Assembly (NCBI RefSeq): GCF_009914755.1
Contig: NC_060936.1
From: the human T2T-CHM13v2.0 reference genome, Homo sapiens
Length of the DNA stretch: 64,000 bases
Reading direction: 5' to 3' (one strand)
In this document: piece after piece, positions 11,934 to 24,881 of the stretch
Position numbering within the stretch: position 1 is the stretch's first letter
Layout: the number at the start of each line of letters is the position of its first letter
The notes under the pieces: model-generated
The model's input: the letters and a program-made list of their open reading frames with translations, nothing else
Databases searched by the model: none
Told to the model about the DNA's origin: nothing
Position numbers and translations under genes: made by a program

Positions 11934-12546
11934 AAAAAAGCTAACAAAGTGAGCCCTGATTCAAAAATGACTGTCTACACTTGGCACATGAGGGACTTTA
12001 TGATATTAAGAGATTAATTAAACAACAGTGGATGGGGAGGAAGAACAGACTTTTGAGCTCTTCCCAATATAGGAATGTGTTAGTTCTAAAAATTTTCTTA
12101 AGTTGTTTGCTTGGAACTCAGAGTATATTTTTCCATACGAAAAATTCAGAACTATTTTATTTATGATATGGGCTAAAAAGACTTCTGTAATCTAGCTTGG
12201 AAACTTAATAATCATTAAACTTATTTTCAATGAGATACGACTGTTTAAATTCTGAAACCTGGAACCCTCTGTTGCCCTGCAAATGCTTTAGGAAAAGAAG
12301 AGTGTGTCTGATGGAGGATAAGATGGAAAGTGAATATGGATCCATATTCAGAAGACACGGTTGCATTACAGCAAAGGAACAGCTTTTTGCTGGCCATGCT
12401 AAGCATTTGACATTGATGTGGGAGAACATGGCATTCAGTATGACTCTGTCTGGATATATATAGTTTTGTAAATTGGGTGTTCTTAAGTTGAGACTGCATG
12501 TTTCATTCCAAAATCAATCTTAGTTTTCCCACTTGCATTAGCATAT

Positions 12547-12907
12547 TGTATTAGTCCGTCTTCACACTGCTATAAAGACATACCCGAGACTGGGTAATTT
12601 ATAAAGAAAAGAGGTTTAATTGACTCACAGTTCTGCATGGCTGGGGAGGCTTCAGGAAACTTATAATCATGGCAAAAGGGGAAGAGGTACGTCTTACATG
12701 GTGACAGGGGAGAGAGAGCATGCAAGAGAAGGGAAAACTGCATTATAAAACCATAAATTTTATAGAACCCACTATCCCAAGAACAGCATGAGGGAACCAC
12801 CCTCATGATCCAATCACCTTCCACGGGGTCCCTTCCTCAACACATGGGGATTTGGGGGATTACAATTCAAGATGAGATTTGGGTGGGGGAACAGCCAAAC
12901 CATATCA
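12547..12907 (-). mobile_element. THE1-family (THE1C/D-like) solo LTR
   Basis: tgtattagtcc...aaaccatatca termini, 361 bp. Confidence 0.9.
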
Positions 12908-13606
12908 TGTATCAATGCTTAAATTCAGTTTATCTGGGAATTTTGAATGATTCCAACTCCTTAGTATAGACATTTACAGGCTTTTGGGCATTATGAAATC
13001 GTACTATTTTTAATTTGATTTCACCACTTCTCCTCTGTCTTATAAAAAGCTGACATTGAGCACATATGTCCTTATAATTTTTAAGGTGAATCAAAAGTAA
13101 ACCTGTTTTGAGTATTTGGATATAGTTTTGCAGTAGCTCTTGAGGTTACTAGGGTTGCAAAATCAAGTTTGAGAATTATAGTGCTAGATTTATGGGTGAA
13201 ATGGATTACACTAATTAGTCTGACATTTAGTCACCTTGTTTTAAAAAAGCAAGGCAATATTCTGGCAGTGATATTGAACTCCAGATTTCTTTCCATATAC
13301 TCACTTATGAAATTTACTTCAACATGGCATACCAGAACTGACTACTAATTTCTTTCCCCAGAATAATTTAAATTCTTTACGTCTCATTGTATTTAGTACT
13401 TGTCAGAGCTCCTGGAAGGACAGATAAAAGATAAATGCAGACAATTATTCATTGCTCAGCTTAGGTTCATTTCAGCCGGTCATTCTCTTGACCTTACCCT
13501 GGACGTCCTTATTCCCCAGAACCACTCTTCCTAATTCAGAGGAACGTGCGTGGCTCCTAATTTCTGGAGCTAACACCCACTACCACCAGTTTTGAACTCC
13601 ATGCTC

Positions 13607-13895
13607 TTTTTTATTTTCCAGATGGAGTCTTGCTCTGTCACCCATGCTGGAGGACAGTGGCGCCATCTCTGCTCACTGAAACCTCCTCCTCCTGGGTCCA
13701 AGCAATTCTCTTACCTCAGCCCCCCAAGTAGTTGGGATTATAAGCGTGTGCTACCACACCTGGCTCAATTTTATATTTTGTATTTTTAGTAGAGATGTTG
13801 GCCAGGCTGGTCTCCAACTCCTTACCTCAAGTGATCCACCCACCTCGGCCCTCCCAAAGTGCTGGGATTACACGTGTGAGCCACCGTGCCTGGCC
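13607..13895 (-). mobile_element. Alu (S-like)
   Basis: Dimeric Alu, T-rich tail on the left, ending gagccaccgtgcctggcc. Confidence 0.93.
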
Positions 13896-14101
13896 AGAAG
13901 GCTGTGCTCTCTTAGCTCTTCAAGGATGCTCTATTGTTATTCTTCTTCTCCCTATATCTCTACTGGAGATTTTGTCTTGTGGGTAAAATATGCTTAAGTT
14001 TACCATATCTTAAGCAAAAGAAAACACACAAACAACAACAAAAAAATCACTCCTCTCTATACTAATACTTTGCCTCTTGGTCTCTTATTATCCGTCTCCA
14101 C

Positions 14102-14275
14102 CAGGCCCTGTCTCTGGGGTCAAGGGTAAGAGCTCACATAGAGGCACACCATATATCTACATATTTGAAAGTTGTAATATCAAGTTAACAAGCCATTAAA
14201 TAAAAGTGTTCTATTGTCCTACCTTGATAGAAATACCTAGAAGGTCAGGTTAAATTGAAAAAACTCAGACTCCTT
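14102..14275. mobile_element. Possible ancient hAT-type DNA transposon fragment
   Basis: Resembles a recalled consensus (caccatatatctacatatttgaaagttgtaatatcaag); family not secure. Confidence 0.35.
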
Positions 14276-15049
14276 GTAGTCCTGGGGTAGAAGTCGGCTT
14301 ACTGGGGGAGTGGGTGTCAGGCTCTCTGCTCATAGCTTGACTTTCTTCTCCCTCCCTCCTCTGCCCCATCTCCCACCATGAGAGACACGGAGTGCATATG
14401 AGTGGGTACTCCGGCCCACACATCCGAGAACAGCCCTCACCCATGCCCCATCTTGCAGACAGCTGCCCCTGGGCCATCTCATAGGCCATCCCATAACACA
14501 GTCCACTCTCTATTTGACAGGCCCAGGGAGAGGGGCTTAGTCATGAGCATGAGGACATTTGGCCAGGGACTTTGGCAGCACGAGCAACCAAAATGCAGTC
14601 TGGCAGCAGGGTGTGGCCTCCAGGTGGGTGTGCTCCTTTGGTCCTGAGCCCAAGGACTTCTTGCCCCCGGGAGGGTGTGGCTGGAGGAGGGTTGGAGCAA
14701 AGCCAGGAAAGCACAGGCCTAGAGAAGGCCTCCCGCCTGATCTAAGGGTGCAAGGCTCAGGCCTCTCTTCCCACTCCCTCACCTCGGGCCTCCCTGGAGC
14801 CAATCAGCTTCTGCCCTCAGCACTCCAAAGTGATAGCTCTGCTGAGGATCAAGATTCACTTTATATTCTCCAATCCAATGGGCACTCTTAGCCTGTACCT
14901 TTTTGTTTTTTTTTTTTGCCTGCTGCTTATTGTATCTTTGTATTTTGCATGGGATTTAATTAAAATTCCTATAATGAATGATCACCTATATTGGAATGAA
15001 TCCAAAAACTGCATCTAGACTCAGATCAGCTTTCTGAAGCCAGGGCCGT

Positions 15050-15880
15050 AAGAACTACAAATTCAACTGAACCCCTGAAGTTCTCCTCCCTTTCTTTGAC
15101 TTCCCCATCTCAGGAAATAGCCACCTATCACTTAGAATTACAGGCCAGATATCCAAGCGTCACTCACCATTCCTCCTTCTCCCCCATTCTTCACATTTAA
15201 TTAATAACTGTATCTTGGTGATTCTAATTCCCAAATATTTCTAGATTCTTTCCCTTTCTTTCCATTCCCTTCAGTGTGATCTTAGTTTAGACCTTTAATT
15301 GCATTTATTTAAAGTAGCTGAATAGGCTCATAAGAATTCACTGCTCCAACTAATTTTCCACTCTGTTGCAAAAACTGATTTTCTTGCAGTGCAAATATGA
15401 GCGTGCCATTCTCCTGCTTTTAATCCTTCATTTTCTCCTTCAGGTTGTGCAGGATAAAATTCAGAACTTGTCTATTGCTGCCTTTTCCCCCATGGCCACT
15501 CTATCCCAGGGCTAAAACACACACTTATACCATGTTGTGGGGGTTTTCCCCACATGTCATTTGTTTTTCTGAAGGTCCTTCCCCTGGTATCCGGCTAACT
15601 CATCCTGATTTCACAGGATCAGAGCACATTCCTCATCTCCAAAAGGGTGGCCTGATGCCCCAGGCCCTACTGAAATGAGCTTTGTCAATGTTTACATAAT
15701 ACCATATGTGTATTTCATCAGAGCATTTGTCACAGAATATTTGAATAGTGGGTTAAACTGCATGCTTCTCTCACTGGACCATGAGCTACAAGAGGGCAGG
15801 GAACTCATATTTCATTTCCTTTCCTTCAGCATTTAGCAGGATGCCTGGCAATTAGCAGATGTTCAATATAATTGTGTGAG
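15050..15880 (+). mobile_element. L2 LINE 3' fragment
   Basis: cttccccatctcaggaaatagc... through the 3' end agcaggatgcctggca...gttcaata; boundaries approximate. Confidence 0.7.
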
Positions 15881-16249
15881 AAGGGCTGGGGAAGGTGCTG
15901 GGACACATCATCACGGGTGACAGAACCGGTCCCCTGTGGCACTCACTGTTTCGGGGAATTGGACAGGTGGTTCCAATGCAGGCGGAGTGCCATTGATGCT
16001 GAGAGAGAAGGGAGGAAATGTGCCTCTGGGGGTTGTCTGTTACTATTTTTAGGGTCATTAAAAGTGATTAAAGCCCTCTCTGTAAAAGTGTACACATATA
16101 TATTTTTTTCATAAAATTCTCCTAAAACATCCATGGGTTTCCTAAGTAGTACAGCCCTTAGGCCTGGGCAGAATGACCTCTGCTTTAGAGCATTGCATTT
16201 ATTTAAAGTAGCTGAATAGGCTCTGGTCCTCATCCAGCTGTGCATACAT

Positions 16250-16860
16250 TTAAGATGAACTTTAAGGGTGAATAAAATGTTGGAAGTTGTAAAGAAGTTG
16301 GAAGTTGAAAGATCAGCCAACGAAATCATAGCGATGGAAAAGCTGGCTGGAGCAAGTGACCCATTTGGAAAGGTAGACTGGGGGCTTTACTGCAGAAGGT
16401 CTTGACTCTCAGGGTTAGGAATTTCACAATGATTTGGAAGGATAATGGGAATTCCTAAAACGTTTTTGAGCAATGATATAACTGGAATGTGCTCTGAAAG
16501 GATGAATTTGGCAGATTATACAGGGGGTTGCAGGGGAAGTGAAGAAGGTGGAGAAATAGTTGGGAGGCTACTGTAGTACTTGAGGGAAGAGGTAATAAGA
16601 ACTGGACAAAGTGGGTGGGATGGGAATGGAAGAGATGAATATAATACAAAAGGTATGATTTAGATGTCATGTGATTCAGCAAGATTTCAGGGAGAAGGCA
16701 ACAAAGATTACTCTGATTTACCAGACTGGAGTTGGGGGAACTGGCCACGCCATGAACAAAAGAGGGAAGCTGGAGGAAGAATTTGAGGGGGAAGATTATA
16801 AACTCAGATCTAGACATGTTAAGTACAAGGAGCTGGCTGGACATTTAAGTATCTTGCTCC
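16250..16860 (-). mobile_element. L2 LINE fragment
   Basis: Purine-rich reverse L2 signature (gaaggtcttgactctcagggttaggaattt; ggaggctactgtagta); boundaries approximate. Confidence 0.6.
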
Positions 16861-17559
16861 TTAAAGTCTAAAGATGTCTTAGGTTACTTGTGAAGGGTTA
16901 CTTTCCAGAGGGATCCTGGGGGTTCCCCAGAGCACCCAGAAATGTAAGTCTCTAGGAGGCTGCACATTTCCCACATTTAGCCTCTAGCTAGGTAAGCTTT
17001 TCATAGCACTTCCATCAGCCTGGGTCAACTCACTTGGGACTGACCTTATATCTGTTTGAATTCAGCTGTCTTTTGTTTTAAATTTTACTTTTAAATTGTT
17101 TTATTACCAATTTTAGCTCCCCCAAATTAGCATCACACTTTCTCCTTGTGTTAGTTCCAACCTGGATCCTGTAGGGGTGGACATGGGAGGGTGATGGGAG
17201 GACAGGGCATGGATCTGGGACACACTTGGAGTTTTAATTTAGTATCCCATGAAACTTCTTGTTTAAAATATCTAATTTGCTAAAATTTGCTTTTCAAAAA
17301 TGTTGGCCTTTTACTAAATTTCCCTTTTCAACATTTTAAACATCTGCTTTAGTTTTAAAATGGCTGTCTTTTTTCTTTTTTTAAAAACATCTTTTACGTT
17401 TGTGCAAACTTCCCTATCCCTCAAAACAGAGGCTTCCATTGGGCAAATTATTTTGATGTGAAATCTCTGAACAATCTCATTAGCAAGAGATCTGGAATGA
17501 TGTCTGAACACAGGTAACAGTGACCTGGCATGGATGTAAATCAAAGAATATTATGAAAA

Positions 17560-17850
17560 ACCCCATGTAATACCAGGACATATGAAGAAATATGAAGATG
17601 AGAGGCAATCATTCCTTTAGATTCTGCATTAGTCAGATTATGGTCTGAGTTATAGAGTACTATGTTCAGTGTTGGTCACCACCGTTCAAAGAGATGTGAA
17701 GAAATTAGAGTGATTGCAGAAACAAGCAACCAAGATGATTAAAGGGTTGGATAATAGGTTCCAGGATGAAAGATAAAAAGGTTTGTTGCTGTTTCCAGAA
17801 GAGAAGACTAAAGTAGAGCGTGATTCTGCAAGGTTTTTATAAGACATGGT
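17560..17850 (+). mobile_element. L3/CR1 LINE fragment
   Basis: CR1 ORF2 3'-like gagtactatgttcagt...gcaaccaagatgattaaagggttgga...agaagagaagact. Confidence 0.7.
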
Positions 17851-20567
17851 TAACAGAAACAACATATGATGGAGAAAGATTGCGAGCAAAGCTAAAAGAA
17901 GAGAAAATGCCTCGTTTTGGATAAGTCAGGCCAGAATCAACCTTTTACCCTTTCCTATATCGTTACTAATTAATCACAACATTTTTTCCTGCAGGGCTTG
18001 GGCCAGCCATATAAAATCCCCCAAACGGAACTCCAGGCAGCCTCTCCCAGTTCTTTGAAATTTTTCCTTAGAAAGACAGCTGTTTTCTCCTCTATTTTGG
18101 GCGTCGAATGTTTTGAGAGCTTGAGGCTTTACCAATGGATTTCTCAAAGATCTTTCTAGCACCATGATTCTACCAAATAATTTGATTAAATGAGTTTCAC
18201 AAGGAATGGACTTAATCTGTAGATGATAATGGATCTAGGCCCTTTGACGAAACTGGGACATCTCTGGAATGCTTTTAGTGAAGGGATTGGAGACTTGGCT
18301 ACTCTCTTAACACAGAAAGTTTAATTGTCTTCTCAAAGAAGCTCTTCACAGACAGCCTAGAAAGCCTCATAACGCTGGAAAAAAAGAAATATTTGGATGG
18401 AGCCAGAAGTAAGGAAAGAATTTCTACCAGGATCTCCTGTGTAGAATCTACTATTTGGCCCTGGAGAGGAAAACTGGGCTCTAGGAGGAACCTGAACACT
18501 GATTGGCCGAGGAAGGCATTGAGATGCCAGAATGAAGCTAGTTGAAGTCTCCGCTTTTTCTGTAGCTCTTTATGTGTTGTTATGAAAAAGCCTGATGAAC
18601 AGTGGTTTTCTGACACGAAGTTTGTGGGAGGTAAACAGTGATAAATGACAGTTCAAGAAGCTGAAGGGCAGAAATCAATACTTGCTGTTACTCTGCAGTA
18701 AATTATGAGAAGCCTTCAATGAGAGGGACAGATGCTGTTTTTCCAATTGCATGGTTTGAACTTTAGTTGTTTATAGATTTTCTTTCTCCCTGTGGGTCTA
18801 AGTTTCTGTCTTTGCCATATATACCCTAAATGTATGGTGATAAATATCAGGCCACTTAAAAAGGTGGTAGGTAATTCACCATTAGTGTCTGAATTTTCTT
18901 CTCTACCATTGACTTTCTCTAACTTTTCTAATGATGATTAACATAGTTTGTTTTGTCAAAGGACAGCCTTTGGACCACAAAATGGATGAAAATAAAATTT
19001 AAAAAAAAGAGCTAAACTGCCTTTAAAAACCGTTAAGAATCTCTTAATACTAAATTTCAAGGGCAGAGTCTTTCTCAGTGCCATTTGGCTCACAGACATG
19101 TATTCCAGAGCAACCAAATTTGAAATACAAAAATAAAAAAGATTTTACAAAAGCCATTTCTTCCAATGAGGTCAGCAACAATTCTCGTCATTTCTTTTTT
19201 AAACAAATTCATCATGTTCCACCAAGTAAGATATTTACATATACTAACTTGAAATTTCACTCCTGAAAAAATAATAAAGGAAAAAGTCTTCTGGGATATT
19301 TTTGCTGTTTTATGGCAGTTGTTGATCTTTAGTGTTTATTAATTTTTTAGTCTTTTCCTTATTTATATCCACCCCTCCCTGTTACAAAAAATAGACTAAT
19401 TTCCCAAAACTTGAGCTAAGAAGTCTGCTCTTAGATGGTGCTCCTGTTTTATAGCTGCTGATTAGGCTGGCAATCAGGAGAAATGTACAAACGCATTGGA
19501 GGAGACTTCTTGCAGCCTGTCCATCACACACACATAGACAGCACTTCTGTTGCTGCTTACCTGAGACAGCTATGTGATACTTTCTAGGACAAGTTCAGAT
19601 GCGAGTCTCGAGTCATGATGGCAGAGAGAATATACACACCACACTGCTCCAGTGGTCTAGGGGCATTGCAATCACAGAGGGAGGAGCTGGCTCTTCCTGC
19701 CCCTTCTCTACTCCCTGCTCGCTAACTGCGGGTTCACCTGGCCAACCTACAGACTAACCTGTGAGGAGCACTCAGATGCGGGGAGAACCTCCTGCCAGAT
19801 GTAATAACGATTATTTTGAAAGGCAGAGGGGAGGAAGAGGGCAACCAGGAGAACCTTATAAGACTTCAGGGCTTTCAGGCAAATAAATGATGGTTTGATG
19901 GTTTGAGGGGCTGTGACTTAGAGCCAGATCACACAGACTTCTGAGACATAATCCAATCAACACCAAGCACACCTCCTTTGACTGTAAGTAACTTGAGTGC
20001 TTGTTCTAGGACTTTTGTCTCCTCTGTTTTCCCAGAACCAGACACGTTGCCTGGTTCATAGACACTGAGTAACATTACATTAGACCAATGAAAGGATAAA
20101 AGAATCCTAGGTTCTACTGAAGGAGAAATGGGCTTACACTGAAATATTGGGAAGAGAGGGTATAGAGTGGGAATTTATTGGCAAGGAACGTTGTTGTATT
20201 GTTATAGGTCTGTTATGGGTTATTGATGAAGTGCCCTGTAATCTAAGGAGACGCATCATCACAGCAGAATTTCAACCATTCTGGAATGATTTCAGTGGGC
20301 TGCCTGGAGAAAGGCATGAACTGACCACCGTAGGCTTTCATCCTTCCCTTGATGTTGATGATTCTCATTCTCAGGAAGGTGCCCTACACCCACCCCACCC
20401 CCAATTTTCTTGGAAAATTCTAATTTCCTACAGTCCCTGCAGTACAGAAGCCACTGATTCTGGACATTTTTGACAGTATGGTATTGGTATGGTATTGGTA
20501 TGCTCTGAAAAAACCAATGCTTTTTCAGAGCAAAGACACTTTATCAAATACTATTAAATATTGATTA

Positions 20568-21289
20568 CATGAAGTCCTCACTTAATGTTATCGAGGTTTT
20601 TCTCTTTTTTAATTTAAGAAAGAGTCTCACTATGTTACCCAGGCTGGTCTTGAACTCCTGGGCTCAAGGGATCCTCCTGCCTCAGCCTCCAGAGTACCTG
20701 GAGTTCCCACCGTGCCCAGTCACCAATAGGTTCTTGGAAACTGCAACTTCAAGTGTAACCACATACAACAAAGCCAATTTGATCACACGCTAATTGAGAT
20801 AAATAAGAGTTAAGGTCCTGTGGCCTATTTCAAGCCACAAAAGCACTACCAAACTTCTAAATAAAGACCAAAACACTTCTTAAACGTTGAAATAAATATA
20901 AGCTATACAGACAATTAAGAAAGATTAATAAAAATAAGATAATTAATTACCCAATTATTTCAGTTCAGTTCAGTTTTGGATTGCTGGAGCCTCCTGCAGC
21001 AGCTCAGGACACAAGGTGAACTCGGACAAGACACCATCCCACCACAGGATGCGCTCACACCCACACCCACACCCACACCCACACTCACACTGGCACCACG
21101 TAGACAAGCCAGTTCACCTAATGTGCACAGCTTTGGGATGGGGGAGGAAAGTGGAGTACCCAGAGGAAACCCACACAGACATGGGGAAAGTGTGTGAACT
21201 CCACACAGACAGTGGCTCCACCTGGGAAGATATTTTATTTTTCTCATCAATGTTATAACAAAACGACGACGTTATTCAAGCACTGTCTG
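20568..21289 (-). mobile_element. MER6-family Tc1/mariner-Tigger DNA element with a nested Alu monomer
   Basis: TA on both flanks (20566-20567, 21290-21291); internal ggagtacccagaggaaacccacacagacatgggga V-domain-like motif; (CACACC)n tract. Confidence 0.8.
20597..20721 (-). mobile_element. Alu monomer (FLAM-like) inside MER6
   Basis: tctcactatgttacccaggctggtcttgaactcctgggctcaag. Confidence 0.85.
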
Positions 21290-21298
21290 TACATTAAT

Positions 21299-21313
21299 GG
21301 TGCCATCTGCTGA
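21299..21313 (-). promoter_or_regulatory. Candidate CTCF motif (reverse orientation)
   Basis: Reverse complement TCAGCAGATGGCAC, 13/14 to CCASYAGRKGGCRS. Confidence 0.45.
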
Positions 21314-22576
21314 GATGCTTAAAAAACTAAAATGTGAGAAGGACCCAACGACCCCTCTGCCAAAAAATGGAAGTGCATCATTGTGTCTTGGTGCTAGCAA
21401 GTGTTGAAAAACAGAAGTTAAAAGCGTCTCCTACTTTTTTTTTTTTTTGCATTGGCGTCTGTTGACCTATATTGTGCATTCTGTGTAAATTTCATATGCC
21501 AGAAAAATCAAGAGTAAAAAGGTCATGAGAAGGCAGAAGAGTGGGTTGGAGAGGACTCTGAATAAGAGAACCTGGGATAAGACAGTTTATTAAGATATAA
21601 GCAATGATTTCTGACTTTTTTCAGCCAGGAGATACATAAGCACAGAGGATGTGATATCAGTCTTGGATCAATAAGGGATCTTGTACAATGAGAAAAGTGA
21701 TGCATTTTCATCTCCCAGGTGCCTCTCCACCCCTTCTGTCTGGGGGCTGTGAGGTAGGGAATCTGCTGGCTATTCCCTGATGGACCTCTCAGGGTTACTA
21801 GACCAAGAGGCAACCTTGAGGAATGCTACTCGTTAACCCAGTTAACAAATAAATTAAAATCCTTGTCCTAGTGGGTGTCTGATTTCCAGTCTTTCATTTC
21901 ACACGTTGACACTAGATGTCAGGGAAAGACTTAGCGTTCTACTTTGCAGGTCTCAGATCTCTTCAGCAGGAAGGAAGGCTGCCTGAGACAGAAATCAGGT
22001 ATTGAAGACTGGCAGATTTCCCACTGTGAGCCACTGGGGACACCAGGGCTCTTATGCCAAAATATCACTATCCTGCTCACGCCCTGTTAGACATACTCTT
22101 GATGCTGTTAAAGCCCATAGACAGAACAGGTTAGATCAAGGTCATTTCATCAAAAAAGTTTTTTTTTTTTTTGAGCGGGGGGAGGGGGAATGAAAGTCAT
22201 TAATTTACCCTTTCGATTTTATTATAAAAGAGATTCAATTTTACTTTTCAAAAAAGGACAGAAGGTATAACATGGTCGTTTTTTATAATCCTTTTCATTA
22301 GTAAATTAGGAAGGAGGTAAACCAGTTAAAAATTATATGGGAGTCTCATAAGATTGTTCTGATGCTCTGTAGTACTTCCTTACATTTTGCAAAAATGACA
22401 TTTTGTTTTAAATGATATTAAGCAAAAATGTGTTTTTACTGCAGAATAACTAAATCCTGACTTGCTTTCATTATGTTGCTATTATGATTCCCAAGGCTCT
22501 CAGCCCCTTCACAGGCTTCCTGATGTAACAAAAAACGATGGGCTTTTATAAAAAGTATGGATAACACATTCAAAAA

Positions 22577-22703
22577 TTTTCCTTCTTCCTTCCTTCCTTC
22601 TCCTTCCTTCCTTCCTTCTTTCCTACCTTCCTTCTTTCCTCCCTCCCTCCCTCCTTTTTTCCTTCCTTCCTTCCTTCTCTTCCTTTTTTTTTTTTTTTTT
22701 TTT
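22577..22703. repeat. (CCTT)n/(CCCT)n polypyrimidine tract + poly(T)
   Basis: Directly visible. Confidence 0.95.
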
Positions 22704-23273
22704 AGCTTGCAAGAAGGCAATGTGAACAAACTGGAACCGGGAAGGATGGTGGTAAAGGACAAAGCCAGAAAAGGGTACAGGATTTCCCTTGTCATGCATA
22801 TATTTTTGCTCTAGTCCAAAAGGTCATGGCCGTCGTATTCTCAGCCACCCTTTGGAAATAAGGTGGCTAGTCATCTACCCACCCAAGTTTAAAAATAGCC
22901 CTTCCTTGGTAGGAGGAGCCCACAGTGGGAGGAGGGCCCATCCAGATGCTGGGGAGCAGCCCCGCCTATGGAAAGATGTTCCAGGAGCCCCCTTGGTGCA
23001 TCTGGGAGCCATTATATCATCACCAAAAATAGTATTATTAATACCGTATGTGTGTGTCCTTCATTTATTTGTGAACTGGATGTTGTGCAAGTCACAGGGG
23101 ACTTGAAAAGAAAAAGACAAGTTTTTTGCTGGCTCACGATGGAGGCAGGAGAGAGACATGCTGGAAAACCATTCTAATGCTTATGATAGATATTTACAAT
23201 GGTTGGTCATTGTTACCTACTGCAATCCAGACAACTCCATCTTCTTGGAACTTTCAGATAAAGATTGATGTGG

Positions 23274-23397
23274 GGTATGGTGGCTCACGCCTGTAATCCC
23301 AGCACTTTGGGAGGCTGAGGCAGGAGGATCACTTTGGGTCCAGGAGTTCAAGACCAGCGTAGGCAATGTGGTGAGGCCTCATCTTTACAAAAAAATC
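23274..23397 (+). mobile_element. FLAM-type Alu monomer with TSD
   Basis: Flanked by aagattgatgtgg (23261-23273) and aagattaatgtgg (23398-23410). Confidence 0.9.
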
Positions 23398-23514
23398 AAG
23401 ATTAATGTGGACAAAGAGTTTCAAAGTGTAAGGCAGATTAGAGAATTACTTGAGCGGGAATGAAAATATGGAGAGATGTCAGTACTACTGGTTTATTGAT
23501 CAAGATTTTGACTG

Positions 23515-24010
23515 GTTTATTTATAAAAATACCCATATGACACATACTATGTGCCAGGCATCATTTTAAACACTTTGCAACTGTAAGCTCCTTTCATCCT
23601 TACAACTCTCTAAGTAGGTACCAGTATTAGTCCCATGTTGGAGATAAGTAAATTGAAGCACAAAACGGTTAAGTAACTTGCCCAAGTATTCACAGATAGA
23701 GCTAGAATCCTGGGGGTCATTTCACTTATCTTTTCTTCTGCTCAACCTGAATGCTCACCTAACAACATGCTTTTTCTTTTCACCTAGGAAGAGAGCGTTA
23801 TGTAGTTTAACAGTTTGTGATTTTGGAGTCAGTCAGATCTATGTTTGACAGTTAGCTCTGCCACGTAATAACTGACTTTGGGGCAACTTTTACTGAAGTT
23901 CTCTGAGCCTAGTCTTTCTTATAAGGAAAGGTGGTAACTAATTCCTATAGTTGTTGGAAGAATAAAAGGAGATATTGTAGTAAGATTACGTACTCTTGAT
24001 AAATGTTCTT
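23515..24010. mobile_element. Two MIR SINEs in opposite orientation (~23515-23715 minus; ~23800-24010 plus)
   Basis: ggttaagtaacttgcccaag and ctctgagcctagtcttt cores. Confidence 0.7.
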
Positions 24011-24016
24011 ACTTCC

Positions 24017-24881
24017 TGTGGAAGCCAGGCTCTACGATCACCCACACGGATTCTCATTTCCTGGTGATCAGGCCCTTGTGTAGTTCTTCCCACTTGGATA
24101 AGGCTGACCTATGTAACCAGTAGAATATTGTAGAGGGACTTCTGAGGTTAGAGCATAAAACACACAGCAGCCTTGCACCCTCATTGATCTGGGGAAAGCC
24201 AGCTGCCATGCCATGGTGATATGATTTGTCTGTGTCCTCGCCCAAATCTCAACTTGAATTTTAGCTCCCAGGATTCCCACTTGTTGTGGGAGGGACCCAG
24301 GGGGAGGTAACTGAATCATGGGGGCTGGTCTTTCCCGTGTTATTCTTGTGATAGTGAATAAGTCTTACGAAATCTGATGGTGTTATCAGGGGTTTCTGCT
24401 TGTGCTTCTTTCTCATTTTTCTCTTGCCACCTCCATGTAAGAAGTGCCTTTCACCTCCTGCCATGATTCTGAGGCCTCCCCAGCCATGTGGCACTATAAG
24501 TTGAATTAAACCTCTTTTTCTTCCCAGTCTCAGGTATGTATTTATCAGCAGCGTGAAAACAGGCTAATACACATGGGGACTCCTAGGCAGCCCAGTGGAG
24601 AGCTCTGGTAACAGAGGCCTCCTGCTTCATTCATCTTGCCAGCCAGGTGAGTGGACCATTTTAGAAGCAGATCCTCTAGCCCCAGTCAAGCCTTCAGATG
24701 ACGGCAGCCCTGGCCAAGATCTTGACTGGAGCCTCATAAGAGATACTAAACATGAACTGCTCAGCCAAGCCGCTTGTGGATTCCTGACCCATAGAAACTG
24801 TATGAGATAAGAAATACTTACTGTTGCTTTACACCGCTAAGTCTGGAGAAGTTTGTAACACAGCAATAGATAACTAATATA
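24017..24881 (+). mobile_element. MLT1 (MLT1F-like) MaLR LTR split by a THE1 insertion
   Basis: tgtgg...gataactaatata termini; ccagtcaagccttcagatgac motif; near-TSD cttcc/ctttc. Confidence 0.85.
24217..24571 (+). mobile_element. THE1A-like solo LTR
   Basis: tgatatg...ctaataca, 355 bp, perfect 5-bp TSD CATGG (24212-24216 / 24572-24576). Confidence 0.93.

Larger units (their letters stand above)
6986..12240 (+). other. EMP1: EMP1 3'UTR with several candidate poly(A) signals; 3' end uncertain
   Basis: AATAAA at 8249 and 8286; TATAAA at 9042 followed by a GU/U-rich tract; ATTAAA at 12214; Pumilio-type TGTAAATA at 9004. The used end cannot be read from DNA alone. Confidence 0.55.

Noticed and set aside
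15050-16860. Opposed L2 copies as a hairpin or miRNA precursor
   Set aside because: Too diverged; no extended complementarity seen
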